Source: Pelagibacteraceae bacterium (GTDB taxonomy: Bacteria; Pseudomonadota; Alphaproteobacteria; Pelagibacterales; Pelagibacteraceae). Taken from it: DNA of 64,000 nt. The notes under the pieces are model-generated. The model was not told the DNA's origin, did no database searches, and saw only the letters and a list, made by a program, of their open reading frames with translations. Of the stretch, positions 49,614 to 58,529 are shown piece after piece. Within the stretch, counting starts at the first letter, position 1. Each line of letters starts with the position of its first letter. Position numbers and translations under genes: made by a program. The stretch spans positions 5,489 through 69,488 of the forward strand of contig JAYPCI010000004.1 of the NCBI GenBank assembly GCA_038124645.1, in the 5' to 3' direction.

Positions 49614-50921
49614 CTACTTATTAGCTCTTTCGAATCTTCTTAGAAGTTGATTACCTCGAGCAACAGCAGAGTTCATTGCATTTTGAGCATTTTTCTTGCC
49701 AGTCCAAATTGCTTCTAACTCTTCGTCGATGATACCTCTAATTTGATCAAACGAACCAAGTCTCAATCCTTTTGAGTTTTCAGTAGGTGCATTAGCTAAC
49801 ATTTGCTTACCTGCAGTGTCAGTACCAGGATTTTTTCTGTAAAAAGATCCAGTAGCTTTAAATGCTGCAGTGGTAATCGGTAGATAGCCTGTGTCTTGTG
49901 CCCACTGACTTTGAATGTCTGTTCTTGATAAGAAGTTAATCAGTGCCGCAACACCTTTGTACTCCTCAGCAGAGTGACCACTCATTACCCAAAGTGAAGC
50001 GCCACCAATAATGGTATTTTGTGGTGCTTTCGTACCTTCATAGTATGGTAAATTTCTGATACCGAAATCGAATTTAGCTTCTTTCTTAATACCAGCATAA
50101 CCAGCAGAACTTTCTGTAAAGAACATACATTCTCCAGATCTAAAGTTTGCTCCACCTTCATTTCTTCTACCAGCATAGTAGAATTTACCTTCTTGCGCCC
50201 ATTTTCCTAACAAGCCAAGATGTTGGGTGTGTAAAGGACTATTAAATGTAAGTTCAGTATCTAAACCGCTAAAACCATTTGCTTTAGATGCAAAAGGTAC
50301 ATTGTGGTAAGCTGAAAAGTTTTCTAAATGTATCCAGCTTTGCCATGCAGTTGTGATACCACAAGAGATACCAGCTGATTTAGCGGCATCTAATGCTTTA
50401 CCTACTTCACCCCAAGTTTTTAAACTCATATTTGGATTAAGACCTGCTTTTTTCATTAAGTCTTTGTTAATCCATAATACTGGCGTTGAAGCGTTATAAG
50501 GTAGTGACAACATTTTACCATCAGTTGTGGTGTAGTAACCTTTCACTGGCGGTATGTAAGCATCAGGATTAAACTTAACACCTGACTCAGCCATTACTTC
50601 ATAAACTGGTTTGATAGCTCCTTTTGCAGCCATCATCGTTGCTGTTCCAACTTCAAATACCATCAAGACATGTGGTTGTTGTTTTGCTCTAAAAGCAGCG
50701 ATACCAGCGTTTAGTGTTTCAGAGTAGTTACCTTTTCGAGTGTGCACTACTTCGTAGTCATTTTGACTAGCATTAAATTTCTTTACCTGCTCGTCTAATA
50801 ATTCACCTAATCGACCACCAAATGCATGCCACCACTGTATTTGAGTTTTAGCGTAAGCACTTGTTGAAGAGATTAGTAAAAATATAACGATCGAAAGAAA
50901 TGTTTTTTTTATTGATTGCAT
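49614..50921 (-). CDS. ugpB: sn-glycerol-3-phosphate-binding periplasmic protein
   Basis: 435 aa. Collinear with E. coli UgpB as I recall it (GNY...LNAGIAAFR, EVGTATMMA, PQNTIIGGASLWVM, RGNQLLRRFE). Confidence 0.92.
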   Translation of the reverse strand: MQSIKKTFLSIVIFLLISSTSAYAKTQIQWWHAFGGRLGELLDEQVKKFNASQNDYEVVHTRKGNYSETLNAGIAAFRAKQQPHVLMVFEVGTATMMAAKGAIKPVYEVMAESGVKFNPDAYIPPVKGYYTTTDGKMLSLPYNASTPVLWINKDLMKKAGLNPNMSLKTWGEVGKALDAAKSAGISCGITTAWQSWIHLENFSAYHNVPFASKANGFSGLDTELTFNSPLHTQHLGLLGKWAQEGKFYYAGRRNEGGANFRSGECMFFTESSAGYAGIKKEAKFDFGIRNLPYYEGTKAPQNTIIGGASLWVMSGHSAEEYKGVAALINFLSRTDIQSQWAQDTGYLPITTAAFKATGSFYRKNPGTDTAGKQMLANAPTENSKGLRLGSFDQIRGIIDEELEAIWTGKKNAQNAMNSAVARGNQLLRRFERANK

Positions 50922-51012
50922 ATGCTTTCTCCCTTTGTTTTTTGAATATTACAACACAGAATAAAAATAAATTGAAGTAAAAATAAAAAAAATAATTCTA
51001 GTATAGGTTTAA

Positions 51013-51405
51013 TTATTTTTGTGGCAGACCGTTTTTTTGCCAGGAAGACTTAGAATCATCAAAGTTTTCAAAACCATCACTTATATTAGCGGTCTCATAA
51101 CCAAGTCCTTGAATGATTTCTGCTGCTTTTTGCGATCGCATTCCACTTCGACAAATACAATAAATTTTTTTGGTTTTATCTATGTTTAAAGCTAAAAAAT
51201 CTTTTTGAAAATTTTCATTAAAAACTCTTTGACCATCTTTGTCTAACATTAAGGATAAAAATTTTGTTTCAACGCCTAAAGCTTCTGCATCAGGTCGACC
51301 TATATTTTGCCATTCTCCATCCGTGCGAACATCTAAAACGCATACTGCTTTATTCTCTTTAAAAATTTTAATTAGTTCCACTGAGTTAATTTGCTTAATC
51401 GGCAT
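51013..51405 (-). CDS. single-domain rhodanese sulfurtransferase
   Basis: 130 aa. Active-site loop CRSGMRS. Confidence 0.85.
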   Translation of the reverse strand: MPIKQINSVELIKIFKENKAVCVLDVRTDGEWQNIGRPDAEALGVETKFLSLMLDKDGQRVFNENFQKDFLALNIDKTKKIYCICRSGMRSQKAAEIIQGLGYETANISDGFENFDDSKSSWQKNGLPQK

Positions 51406-51407
51406 AA

Positions 51408-51815
51408 TTATTTTTTAAAGGGTTGCACCAATGTAAAAGCAAATAACATAGAAATTATAAAAATAATTGAAGAACTGTTCAAGAGAACTAGACTAGCTAC
51501 GGCTGGACCAGGACATAAACCAATTAAACCCCAACCAACGCCAAAGAGCAAAGAACCAACCACCAAGTTTTTATCAATTTCTTTTAAAGCAGGTAAGGAA
51601 AAACTGTCAGCAAAAAGAGGTTTCAACTTATTTTTTTGAATATAGATAACTGGAGCACTTACCAAAATTGCTCCGAGCATGACAAATGCTAGCGATGGGT
51701 CCCAGGCACCAAAAATATTTAAAAAGCCAATCACTTTTGCTGGATTAGTCATACTGGCAATAGTTAATCCAAGTCCAAAAATAGTACCACTTATCAGTGC
51801 GATGAATGCCCTCAT
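51408..51815 (-). CDS. YeeE/YedE-family (sulphur transport, DUF395) membrane protein, half-size
   Basis: 135 aa, 4 TM segments, conserved GLCPGPA motif. Overlaps its partner half by 4 nt. Confidence 0.8.
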   Translation of the reverse strand: MRAFIALISGTIFGLGLTIASMTNPAKVIGFLNIFGAWDPSLAFVMLGAILVSAPVIYIQKNKLKPLFADSFSLPALKEIDKNLVVGSLLFGVGWGLIGLCPGPAVASLVLLNSSSIIFIISMLFAFTLVQPFKK

Positions 51816-52234
51816 GCAAATATCCTCATTAAATAAACCGTAATAATACCTGAACCCAAAAATAAAATGGTGGCAACTATTGACCGTTTAGAGAACCTAC
51901 TAATTCCACAAACGCCATGACCCGAAGTACATCCACTACCGATTTTAGTTCCAAACCCAACTAGAAAACCTGCAACGACTAACAAAGGTATCGAGGAAGA
52001 AATAACAAAACTTATTTCTGGATTTATAAAAACTTTATAAATAGTTGGACCTAATAATAAGCCTATAATAAATAAAAAATTGTCAATTCGATTTGTTTTA
52101 GCAAAGATAGTGTTGTTTACTATGCCGCTAATGCCCGCAATTCGACCATTACCCACATAAAAAATAACAACAGCTAACCCGATTAGAATACCTCCAATAA
52201 AAGCACTTACAGGAGTAAAATTTATTATAGTCAT
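51812..52234 (-). CDS. YeeE/YedE-family (sulphur transport, DUF395) membrane protein, half-size
   Basis: 140 aa, 4 TM segments, conserved GSGCTSGHGVCG motif. Confidence 0.8.
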   Translation of the reverse strand: MTIINFTPVSAFIGGILIGLAVVIFYVGNGRIAGISGIVNNTIFAKTNRIDNFLFIIGLLLGPTIYKVFINPEISFVISSSIPLLVVAGFLVGFGTKIGSGCTSGHGVCGISRFSKRSIVATILFLGSGIITVYLMRIFA

Positions 52235-52237
52235 AAT

Positions 52238-53038
52238 CTAAATTAATTGCTCTAAAATTATATATAAACCAATTCCAAGTGTCATGTAACCAAAATATCG
52301 TTTCAAATTTTTTTCAGATATTTTTTTTGATAATTTATACCCTGCAATTACTCCAAAAAATGTAACAATTAAAATATAAAACACTAATGTCCAATTAGTC
52401 AGAAACCCGCTGATCAAATCGCTTCCGAAACCTGCTAATGATTTAACCGCAATGATAAATAAAGATGTGCCCACTGCAACTTTCATATCCAAACCAGTTA
52501 ATAACACCAGAGCAGGTATAATCAAAAAACCACCACCGGCACCAACAAAACCAGTTAACTGACCAATAATTAATCCTTCCAAAATAATTACAATATTTTT
52601 CTCAAACTCTGCTTTTTGTTTTTTTGGATTGTTTAAATCTAATTTTCGATCTCGGATCATCAAAGCTGCTGATACCAGCATCAAAATTGAAAAGATAAAC
52701 ATGATGATAAAGCTTTTAGAGATTGTGAAATTTAAAAGTAAAAAATTTTCTGGTAAATAAGGAACTAAAATTTTTCGAGCAATGATCACACCAATAATGG
52801 AAGGGATACCAAAGACAATGCCGACCCGTAAATTTACTAAATTACGATTAAAATATACTAAAAAACTGAATAAAGCTGTTAAGCCAACTAACAATAAAGA
52901 ATAACTGGTAGCATCTAACACTGAGATATTAAATAAATAAACTAAAATCGGTAATGTAAGAATTGAACCCCCGGCACCAAGCAAGGACAGCACGGTCCCC
53001 ATTATAAAAGAAGCAATTAACCCTAAAGCAAACATCAA
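52238..53038 (-). CDS. TauE/SafE (TSUP, DUF81) sulfite/anion exporter family membrane protein
   Basis: 266 aa, ~8 TM segments. GAGGS and GAGGGF repeats are typical of TSUP proteins. Confidence 0.8.
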   Translation of the reverse strand: MMFALGLIASFIMGTVLSLLGAGGSILTLPILVYLFNISVLDATSYSLLLVGLTALFSFLVYFNRNLVNLRVGIVFGIPSIIGVIIARKILVPYLPENFLLLNFTISKSFIIMFIFSILMLVSAALMIRDRKLDLNNPKKQKAEFEKNIVIILEGLIIGQLTGFVGAGGGFLIIPALVLLTGLDMKVAVGTSLFIIAVKSLAGFGSDLISGFLTNWTLVFYILIVTFFGVIAGYKLSKKISEKNLKRYFGYMTLGIGLYIILEQLI

Positions 53039-54057
53039 TTTTTTGATTTTAGAACATCAAAACCATTTAGTTTCCAACTTTTAAGACCACCTACTAAATG
53101 AAAAATATTTTTGATATTATAAGATTTAGATATTTGTACAGCTAAATTAGATCGTTCGCCTACGGCGCAATACAAAAAAACTTCTTTTTTAGCTAAATCA
53201 TTTTCAGAATAATATTTTGATATTTCGTGAAAAGGAACATGAATTGCCTTAGCTAATTTGCCTTCTTTTTGGATCTCGTGATCCTCTCTTAAATCAATAA
53301 GAATGGCACTAGATTGTTCAATTCCTTTTTTAAATTGATTAGCTTCTAAACCGTTATTATTTTTTTGTTTTGTAAAATCAACGCCTAACTTCAAATTACC
53401 AGGTACAGCAATATCCATCATTTTTGGATTTGGAAGATTTAAATTATTCATGATGTCTACATATTCATCTACAGACTTTACTTGAAGTCTTGGATTAAAT
53501 TTTTTTTCCTCACCAATTGTAGAAACCATATCACCTTTATAATCATGAGCAGGGTAAACTAAAGTATTCTCTGGTAATACTAATAATTTTTTAAATATTG
53601 AATTATAAGAATCTTTTGGATTGCCGTTTTGAAAATCTGTTCGACCTGTACCTCTAATCAATAAAGTATCGCCTGTAAAGACTCTATCCCCCAGCAAATA
53701 ACTATAACTATCATCAGTGTGTCCTGGCGTATACATGGCCGTTAATTTTAATCCTTCGATGGAAACCTGATCACCATCTGCGACACGCATGGAAACTACA
53801 TCAGCTTTAGTATGTTCGCCCATGATGGTGGTACATTTAGTTTTTTCTCTTAGCTCTGCAATACCTGAGATATGGTCAGCATGAATATGAGTATCAATTA
53901 CTTTAACGAGCTTAAGTTGTAGTTCATCTAACAATTGGATATATCGACTGACGTTTTCAATTACGGGATCAATAATAATAGCTTCTCGCCCAACATCTGA
54001 GGCAAGTAAATAAGTGTATGTGCTTGAAACTTTATCAAATAACTGCCTGAATATCAT
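53035..54057 (-). CDS. persulfide dioxygenase (ETHE1-like MBL fold) fused to a C-terminal rhodanese domain (Blh-type)
   Basis: 340 aa. FRQLFDKVSSTYTYLL, THIHADH, PGHT, GDTLLIRGTGRTDF and YPAHDY are collinear with human ETHE1 as I recall it. The C-terminal rhodanese has the loop CAVGERS. Confidence 0.9.
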   Translation of the reverse strand: MIFRQLFDKVSSTYTYLLASDVGREAIIIDPVIENVSRYIQLLDELQLKLVKVIDTHIHADHISGIAELREKTKCTTIMGEHTKADVVSMRVADGDQVSIEGLKLTAMYTPGHTDDSYSYLLGDRVFTGDTLLIRGTGRTDFQNGNPKDSYNSIFKKLLVLPENTLVYPAHDYKGDMVSTIGEEKKFNPRLQVKSVDEYVDIMNNLNLPNPKMMDIAVPGNLKLGVDFTKQKNNNGLEANQFKKGIEQSSAILIDLREDHEIQKEGKLAKAIHVPFHEISKYYSENDLAKKEVFLYCAVGERSNLAVQISKSYNIKNIFHLVGGLKSWKLNGFDVLKSKN

Positions 54058-54066
54058 AAGTCTGAA

Positions 54067-54088
54067 AGGGGTAATTGTTATTACCCCT
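54067..54088 (-). other. 9-bp GC-rich hairpin between the small ORF and the persulfide dioxygenase gene
   Basis: AGGGGTAAT (54067-54075), TGTT loop, ATTACCCCT (54080-54088). On the minus strand only a TTT follows, so it is not a canonical terminator. Confidence 0.4.
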
Positions 54089-54103
54089 CCACATCAGATA
54101 AAA

Positions 54104-54301
54104 TTATATCTCTTTTTTCTCTGTCTTGGCATGTTTTAAAATTTTACCGGCGTTCGATCCAGCTTTCACTGTATAGCCCGTAGTTCCATTAGCATACGTA
54201 TCAACTGATTTTACTAATGTTTTTTCTAAGAACTTAGAACGTTTGGTCTCAGTATTACTTCGGCCAAAACGTTTTAAGATCTCATGCATTCTATTTAGCA
54301 T
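54104..54301 (-). CDS. small basic protein, unknown function
   Basis: 65 aa. Preceded by AAAGGAG 7 nt from the ATG, an unusually strong SD for this window. No family recognised. Confidence 0.55.
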   Translation of the reverse strand: MLNRMHEILKRFGRSNTETKRSKFLEKTLVKSVDTYANGTTGYTVKAGSNAGKILKHAKTEKKEI

Positions 54302-54454
54302 ACATGTCTCCTTTTTGTTTCAACCTACTTTTAACTCATGTAGATGAGCCACTTTGTGACCATGTGGATGGTTATCAAAATAATATTATTTCAATTATGA
54401 AAGTCAATAGGGAAACTGTTTGCTTATTTGGTCAATAATTAATAGTTTTTAGAT

Positions 54455-56404
54455 ATGGTCAATAATCCCTTGTGGTCTCCGAGTAAAAAAAGGTTAAAAA
54501 ATTCAAATCTCTATAAATTCAAACAAGCTATTGAGAGCAAATATAAACTAAATTTTCATGAAGATTTTCAAACATTCTGGCATTGGTCAGTAAAAAATGA
54601 TGAAGTTTTTTGGTCAGAATACTGGGACTATGATCAGTTTGCAGGAAACAAAGGAACAAAGATTATCGAAAAAAATTTAAAATTTTGGAAAAATGAATTC
54701 TTTCCAGAGGCTAAATTAAATTTCACCCAAAATTTACTGACAAAAAAGACGGATGAGACAGCCGTTTATTGTTTAAAAGAAAATAATATTACTGAACATA
54801 AAAGTTGGCGCGAATTATACACTTCGGTCTGTAAATTTTCATCCTATCTAAAATCTAAAACAAAATTTGGTGATCGAGTCGTAGCTTATGTTCCAAATAC
54901 GATTGAATATGTTGTTGCCTTTTTAAGCGCAGCCAAGAACGGAAATATCTGGTCCAGTTGCAGTCCTGACTTTGGTATCAATGGCGTTGTTGACCGTTTT
55001 TCACAAATTCAACCTTCGATCTTAGTAACCAGTGATTGTTATTTTTATAATGGTAAAAAAATAAATCTTATTGAAAGAATTCCAGAAATAATAAAAAAAA
55101 TTCCCTCCATCAAAGAGGTGATTGTTTTTAATTATGATCAAACAAATAAAATTGATCATTCTTACCTTTCTTTTGAAAAGATAATTAAAGAAGCTGAGTT
55201 AGATGAAACTTTTGAATTATTTAATTTTAATCATCCAGTTTATATTCTTTATTCCTCTGGTACTACTGGCAAACCTAAATGTATTGTGCACGGTGCTGGC
55301 AATGCTCTCATTGAACAGAAGAAAGAGTTATCCCTTCATCTCGATGTAAAAGAAAATGATCGAGTATTTTATTTTACTACGACTGGTTGGATGATGTCGC
55401 CTTGGCAAATTGCTGCCTTAGCTTGTAAAGCATCAATATATTTATATGACGGTTCACCATTTTATCCAACAATTGATCGACTAATTGAATATTGTTCATC
55501 ACAAAAATTTACTTTGTTTGGAGTTGGCGCAAAATATATCGATCATTTAAGAAACGAGAATTTTTTAGCAAAAAAATTTAATTTAGATAATCTTAAAACG
55601 GTGACTTCAACTGGCAGCCCTTTAATAAAAGAGAGTTTTGAATTTGTTCATACTAATTTAAAAGATGATGTTCATTTAGCCTCAATCTCTGGAGGCACCG
55701 ATGTTGTAGGTTGCTTAGTCTTAGGCAATCTTCTCCAACCCGTTTATGCTGGTGAAATTCAGGGTCCAAGTTTAGGCATTGATGTAGCTATTTACGAAGA
55801 AAATGGAAAAGAAATAGATAATGAAATGAAAGGTGAACTTGTTGTCAAAAAACCTTTCCCTTCTATGCCGGTAAAGTTTTGGAATGATGCGAATGAAGAA
55901 AAAATAAAAAAAGCTTACTTTAATAAATTCAATAATCTCTGGCACCATGGTGACTATATCCAAAAAACAAAAAGTGGAGGTTACATAATTTATGGACGAT
56001 CTGATGCAACGCTTAAACCAGGGGGAGTGAGAATAGGTACTGCGGAAATTTATCGACAAGTTGAAAACTTTGAACAAGTTTCTGAAGCCTTAGTTGTTGG
56101 ACAAAATCATAACAATGATGTCAGGATTGTTCTCTTTGTAAAAATGCGTAATCAAAAATTAGATGATCAGCTTAAAGATGAGATAAAAAAAAAGATTAAA
56201 ACTAATTGTTCACCAAGACATGTACCTCAACTCATTTTTGATTGCCCAGATATACCTAGAACTAAAAGTGGAAAAATTGTGGAAATCGCTGTTAGAAAAA
56301 TTCTTAACAACGAGTCTGTAGAAAATATTGAAGCGATCGCTAATCCTGAAGTTTTAGAGTATTTTAAAAAACTACCTATTGTGCTGACCAACCACCATCA
56401 ATAA
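54455..56404 (+). CDS. aacS: acetoacetyl-CoA synthetase (acetoacetate-CoA ligase)
   Basis: 649 aa. N-terminus PLWSPSKKRLKNSNLYKF, AMP-binding motif YSSGTTGKPK, and C-terminal PRTKSGKIVE. Confidence 0.88.
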   Translation: MVNNPLWSPSKKRLKNSNLYKFKQAIESKYKLNFHEDFQTFWHWSVKNDEVFWSEYWDYDQFAGNKGTKIIEKNLKFWKNEFFPEAKLNFTQNLLTKKTDETAVYCLKENNITEHKSWRELYTSVCKFSSYLKSKTKFGDRVVAYVPNTIEYVVAFLSAAKNGNIWSSCSPDFGINGVVDRFSQIQPSILVTSDCYFYNGKKINLIERIPEIIKKIPSIKEVIVFNYDQTNKIDHSYLSFEKIIKEAELDETFELFNFNHPVYILYSSGTTGKPKCIVHGAGNALIEQKKELSLHLDVKENDRVFYFTTTGWMMSPWQIAALACKASIYLYDGSPFYPTIDRLIEYCSSQKFTLFGVGAKYIDHLRNENFLAKKFNLDNLKTVTSTGSPLIKESFEFVHTNLKDDVHLASISGGTDVVGCLVLGNLLQPVYAGEIQGPSLGIDVAIYEENGKEIDNEMKGELVVKKPFPSMPVKFWNDANEEKIKKAYFNKFNNLWHHGDYIQKTKSGGYIIYGRSDATLKPGGVRIGTAEIYRQVENFEQVSEALVVGQNHNNDVRIVLFVKMRNQKLDDQLKDEIKKKIKTNCSPRHVPQLIFDCPDIPRTKSGKIVEIAVRKILNNESVENIEAIANPEVLEYFKKLPIVLTNHHQ

Positions 56405-57143
56405 TTAAATTACTACCAGTAATCTGAGCTGCCGCATCGGTCGTTAAATAATATGCCATTGAGGCCACATCACTCCGGGTGACAAACTCCATGGAAGGTT
56501 GTTTTTCTTTTAAAAGTTGGGTTTTAGCTTTTGCATAACTTATATTTTTCTTTTTAGCGATGGTTTTGATTTGATCTTCAATTAAGTCGGTAAGAACAAA
56601 ACCCGGGCAAATAGCATTGCAGGTTATATTTTCTTTTGCTGTTTCCAAAGCGATAACTTTAGATAAGCCTACCAAACCATGTTTTGAGGAAACATAACCA
56701 GCTTTAAAAGGACTTGCGACCGTGCCATGCACCGAAGAAATATTTATGATCCGACCCCATTTAGCTTTTCGCATCATTGGTAATGTTTCTTTGATCATAA
56801 AAAATGCCGCATTTAAATTTATATTGATAATGTTGGTCCAAATTTCATCTTTAAACTTTTCAATCGGCGCTACGTGTTGTCGACCAGCACAATTGACTAA
56901 AACATCAATTGATCGAAATTTTTTAAAAGTAGATTGAACAAATTTTTTGATATTACTGCGTTTAGTTAAATCTAAACTTTGAATAAGCGAGTCTTCACTG
57001 GAGAATTCTTTTTTAAGTTTCTGAATAAGGCTAGATTTAACTTTGCCACAAAGCGAGATGTTAAAGCCTCTTTGATAAAAAAATCTTGCAATATCTAAAC
57101 CAATACCGCTGGTACCACCTGAAATTATTATTGTCTTACTCAT
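56376..57143 (-). CDS. bdhA: 3-hydroxybutyrate dehydrogenase (SDR)
   Basis: 255 aa. GGTSGIG, QHVAPIEKF, RIINISSVHG, Y..SKHG, CNAICPGFVLT, EKQPSMEFV and DGGWSAQ are collinear with BdhA proteins as I recall them. Confidence 0.85.
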   Translation of the reverse strand: MSKTIIISGGTSGIGLDIARFFYQRGFNISLCGKVKSSLIQKLKKEFSSEDSLIQSLDLTKRSNIKKFVQSTFKKFRSIDVLVNCAGRQHVAPIEKFKDEIWTNIININLNAAFFMIKETLPMMRKAKWGRIINISSVHGTVASPFKAGYVSSKHGLVGLSKVIALETAKENITCNAICPGFVLTDLIEDQIKTIAKKKNISYAKAKTQLLKEKQPSMEFVTRSDVASMAYYLTTDAAAQITGSNLIIDGGWSAQ

Positions 57144-57167
57144 AATTAAAATATAATTAATTCTATT

Positions 57168-57308
57168 ATGTCTAACAAATCAATAGGGTTTATTGCTGTA
57201 ATTCTAGGGGCATTAGCTTTGTTCATTGATCAAGAGTACTCCTGGGTCGTTTCAGCTATTTTAATTGGTGTTGGTTCAGGTTTGTTTTTTTGGCCTGAAA
57301 AAAAATAA
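57168..57308 (+). CDS. possible 46-aa two-TM micro-protein (below ORF-track cutoff)
   Basis: My translation: MSNKSIGFIAVILGALALFIDQEYSWVVSAILIGVGSGLFFWPEKK. It fills an otherwise empty 169-nt gap and ends 4 nt before the MFS gene. Confidence 0.3.
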   Translation: MSNKSIGFIAVILGALALFIDQEYSWVVSAILIGVGSGLFFWPEKK

Positions 57309-57312
57309 ATAA

Positions 57313-58512
57313 ATGAACTGGAGCTGGATCACTTTTTTATTTGCTGGGAGATTTCTATCATCGGCAGTATTTTTTATGTATGTGGGAACTCTTCCCTTTA
57401 TTTTATCCTTATGGGGTTTAACTGCTACCGAAGCAGGTATAATACAAACGGGCTCGGTAGTGGGATTTGGTTTGGCGTTAAGTATTTCGACATACTTATC
57501 AGATTTTAAAAATCCAAGTCAGATCTTAATTTTTTTTTCCATAACTAACTGTTTATTTGCTTTTTTATTTGCTTTATTAGCAAGTGACTTTATCAGTGCT
57601 TTAATCTTAAATTTTTTTTTAGGATTATCGCAAGGCGGCATTTATGGACCTTCGATGATCTTGGTGAGTGAGAAATATGTTCCTGCAAATCGGGGAAAAG
57701 CAATGGGTTTGAATATCGCTGGTCAAAGTTTTGGTTATGGAATCTCTTTAGGACTAAGTTTTGTTCTAGCTAACCTTTACTCTTTACAAACAGCTTTTTT
57801 AATTTGTTCTATTTTAACTATTTTAGGATTGCTAATATTCTTAGCTGGTTTATGGAAAGATTTATCTAAAAAGTATCATTTTAAAAAATCTATTTTTAAA
57901 TTTGATAAAAAAGACGAGAATAAAAAAAACCTCATTGTCAGTTACTCTGCTCACTCTGTTGAGCTTTTTGGTATGTGGGCATGGTTGCCGGTCTTTTTAA
58001 GTATAATTCTTTTAGATATTGCTGAATTAAGTCCAGTTGTAATTGGTTTACTTGTTGGTGTTGTTTTGCATTTTTCAGGATTTATAGCCAATATGATTGC
58101 TGGAACTTTATCGGATAGATTAGGCAGAAGATTTATCATGGTGTTATTCGCTTTATCAAGTGGCTTAATTTCATTTTTAATTGGATGGATTGTAGATTGG
58201 AATTGGATGATTATTTTAATTATTTCAATACTGTATAGTTTTTTCTGTATCGGAGACTCAAGTGTTTTAACAGCTTCCCTGACTGAAAATACTTCTCGAT
58301 CAGTTTTAGGGAGAGCTTTAGCTTTTCGATCCATTATTGGTATCGGGTTAGCAAGTATTACTCCTGCTATTTTTGGATATATTTTAGATCTTTCGAACAA
58401 TCATCAGCCTATTGATACTAGCACAAATTGGGTCTACGCTTTTTCTTTTCTAGGAATTTCAGGTTTGATTGCTACTTACTTTGCGTATAAAACTAAGACA
58501 AAACGCATTTAA
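57313..58512 (+). CDS. MFS transporter, substrate unknown
   Basis: 399 aa, 12 TM segments. MFS loop motif GTLSDRLGRR. Confidence 0.8.
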   Translation: MNWSWITFLFAGRFLSSAVFFMYVGTLPFILSLWGLTATEAGIIQTGSVVGFGLALSISTYLSDFKNPSQILIFFSITNCLFAFLFALLASDFISALILNFFLGLSQGGIYGPSMILVSEKYVPANRGKAMGLNIAGQSFGYGISLGLSFVLANLYSLQTAFLICSILTILGLLIFLAGLWKDLSKKYHFKKSIFKFDKKDENKKNLIVSYSAHSVELFGMWAWLPVFLSIILLDIAELSPVVIGLLVGVVLHFSGFIANMIAGTLSDRLGRRFIMVLFALSSGLISFLIGWIVDWNWMIILIISILYSFFCIGDSSVLTASLTENTSRSVLGRALAFRSIIGIGLASITPAIFGYILDLSNNHQPIDTSTNWVYAFSFLGISGLIATYFAYKTKTKRI

Positions 58513-58529
58513 TAAATTAAAATAAATCA

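Noticed and set aside
40431-50921. A possible horizontally acquired island. The transporter genes are noticeably more GC-rich than genes such as ribF (my spot counts: 30 of 60 G/C at 42061-42120 versus 8 of 60 at 3241-3300).
   Set aside because: There is no integrase, IS element, flanking tRNA or direct repeats. The contrast tracks protein type: hydrophobic membrane proteins versus Lys/Asn/Ile-rich soluble proteins. Spot counts are not a statistical test.
50922-51012. A Pho box upstream of ugpB (CTGTGTTGTAATATTC on the minus strand).
   Set aside because: There is only one decent half-site and the second repeat is not at an 11-bp period. The evidence is insufficient.
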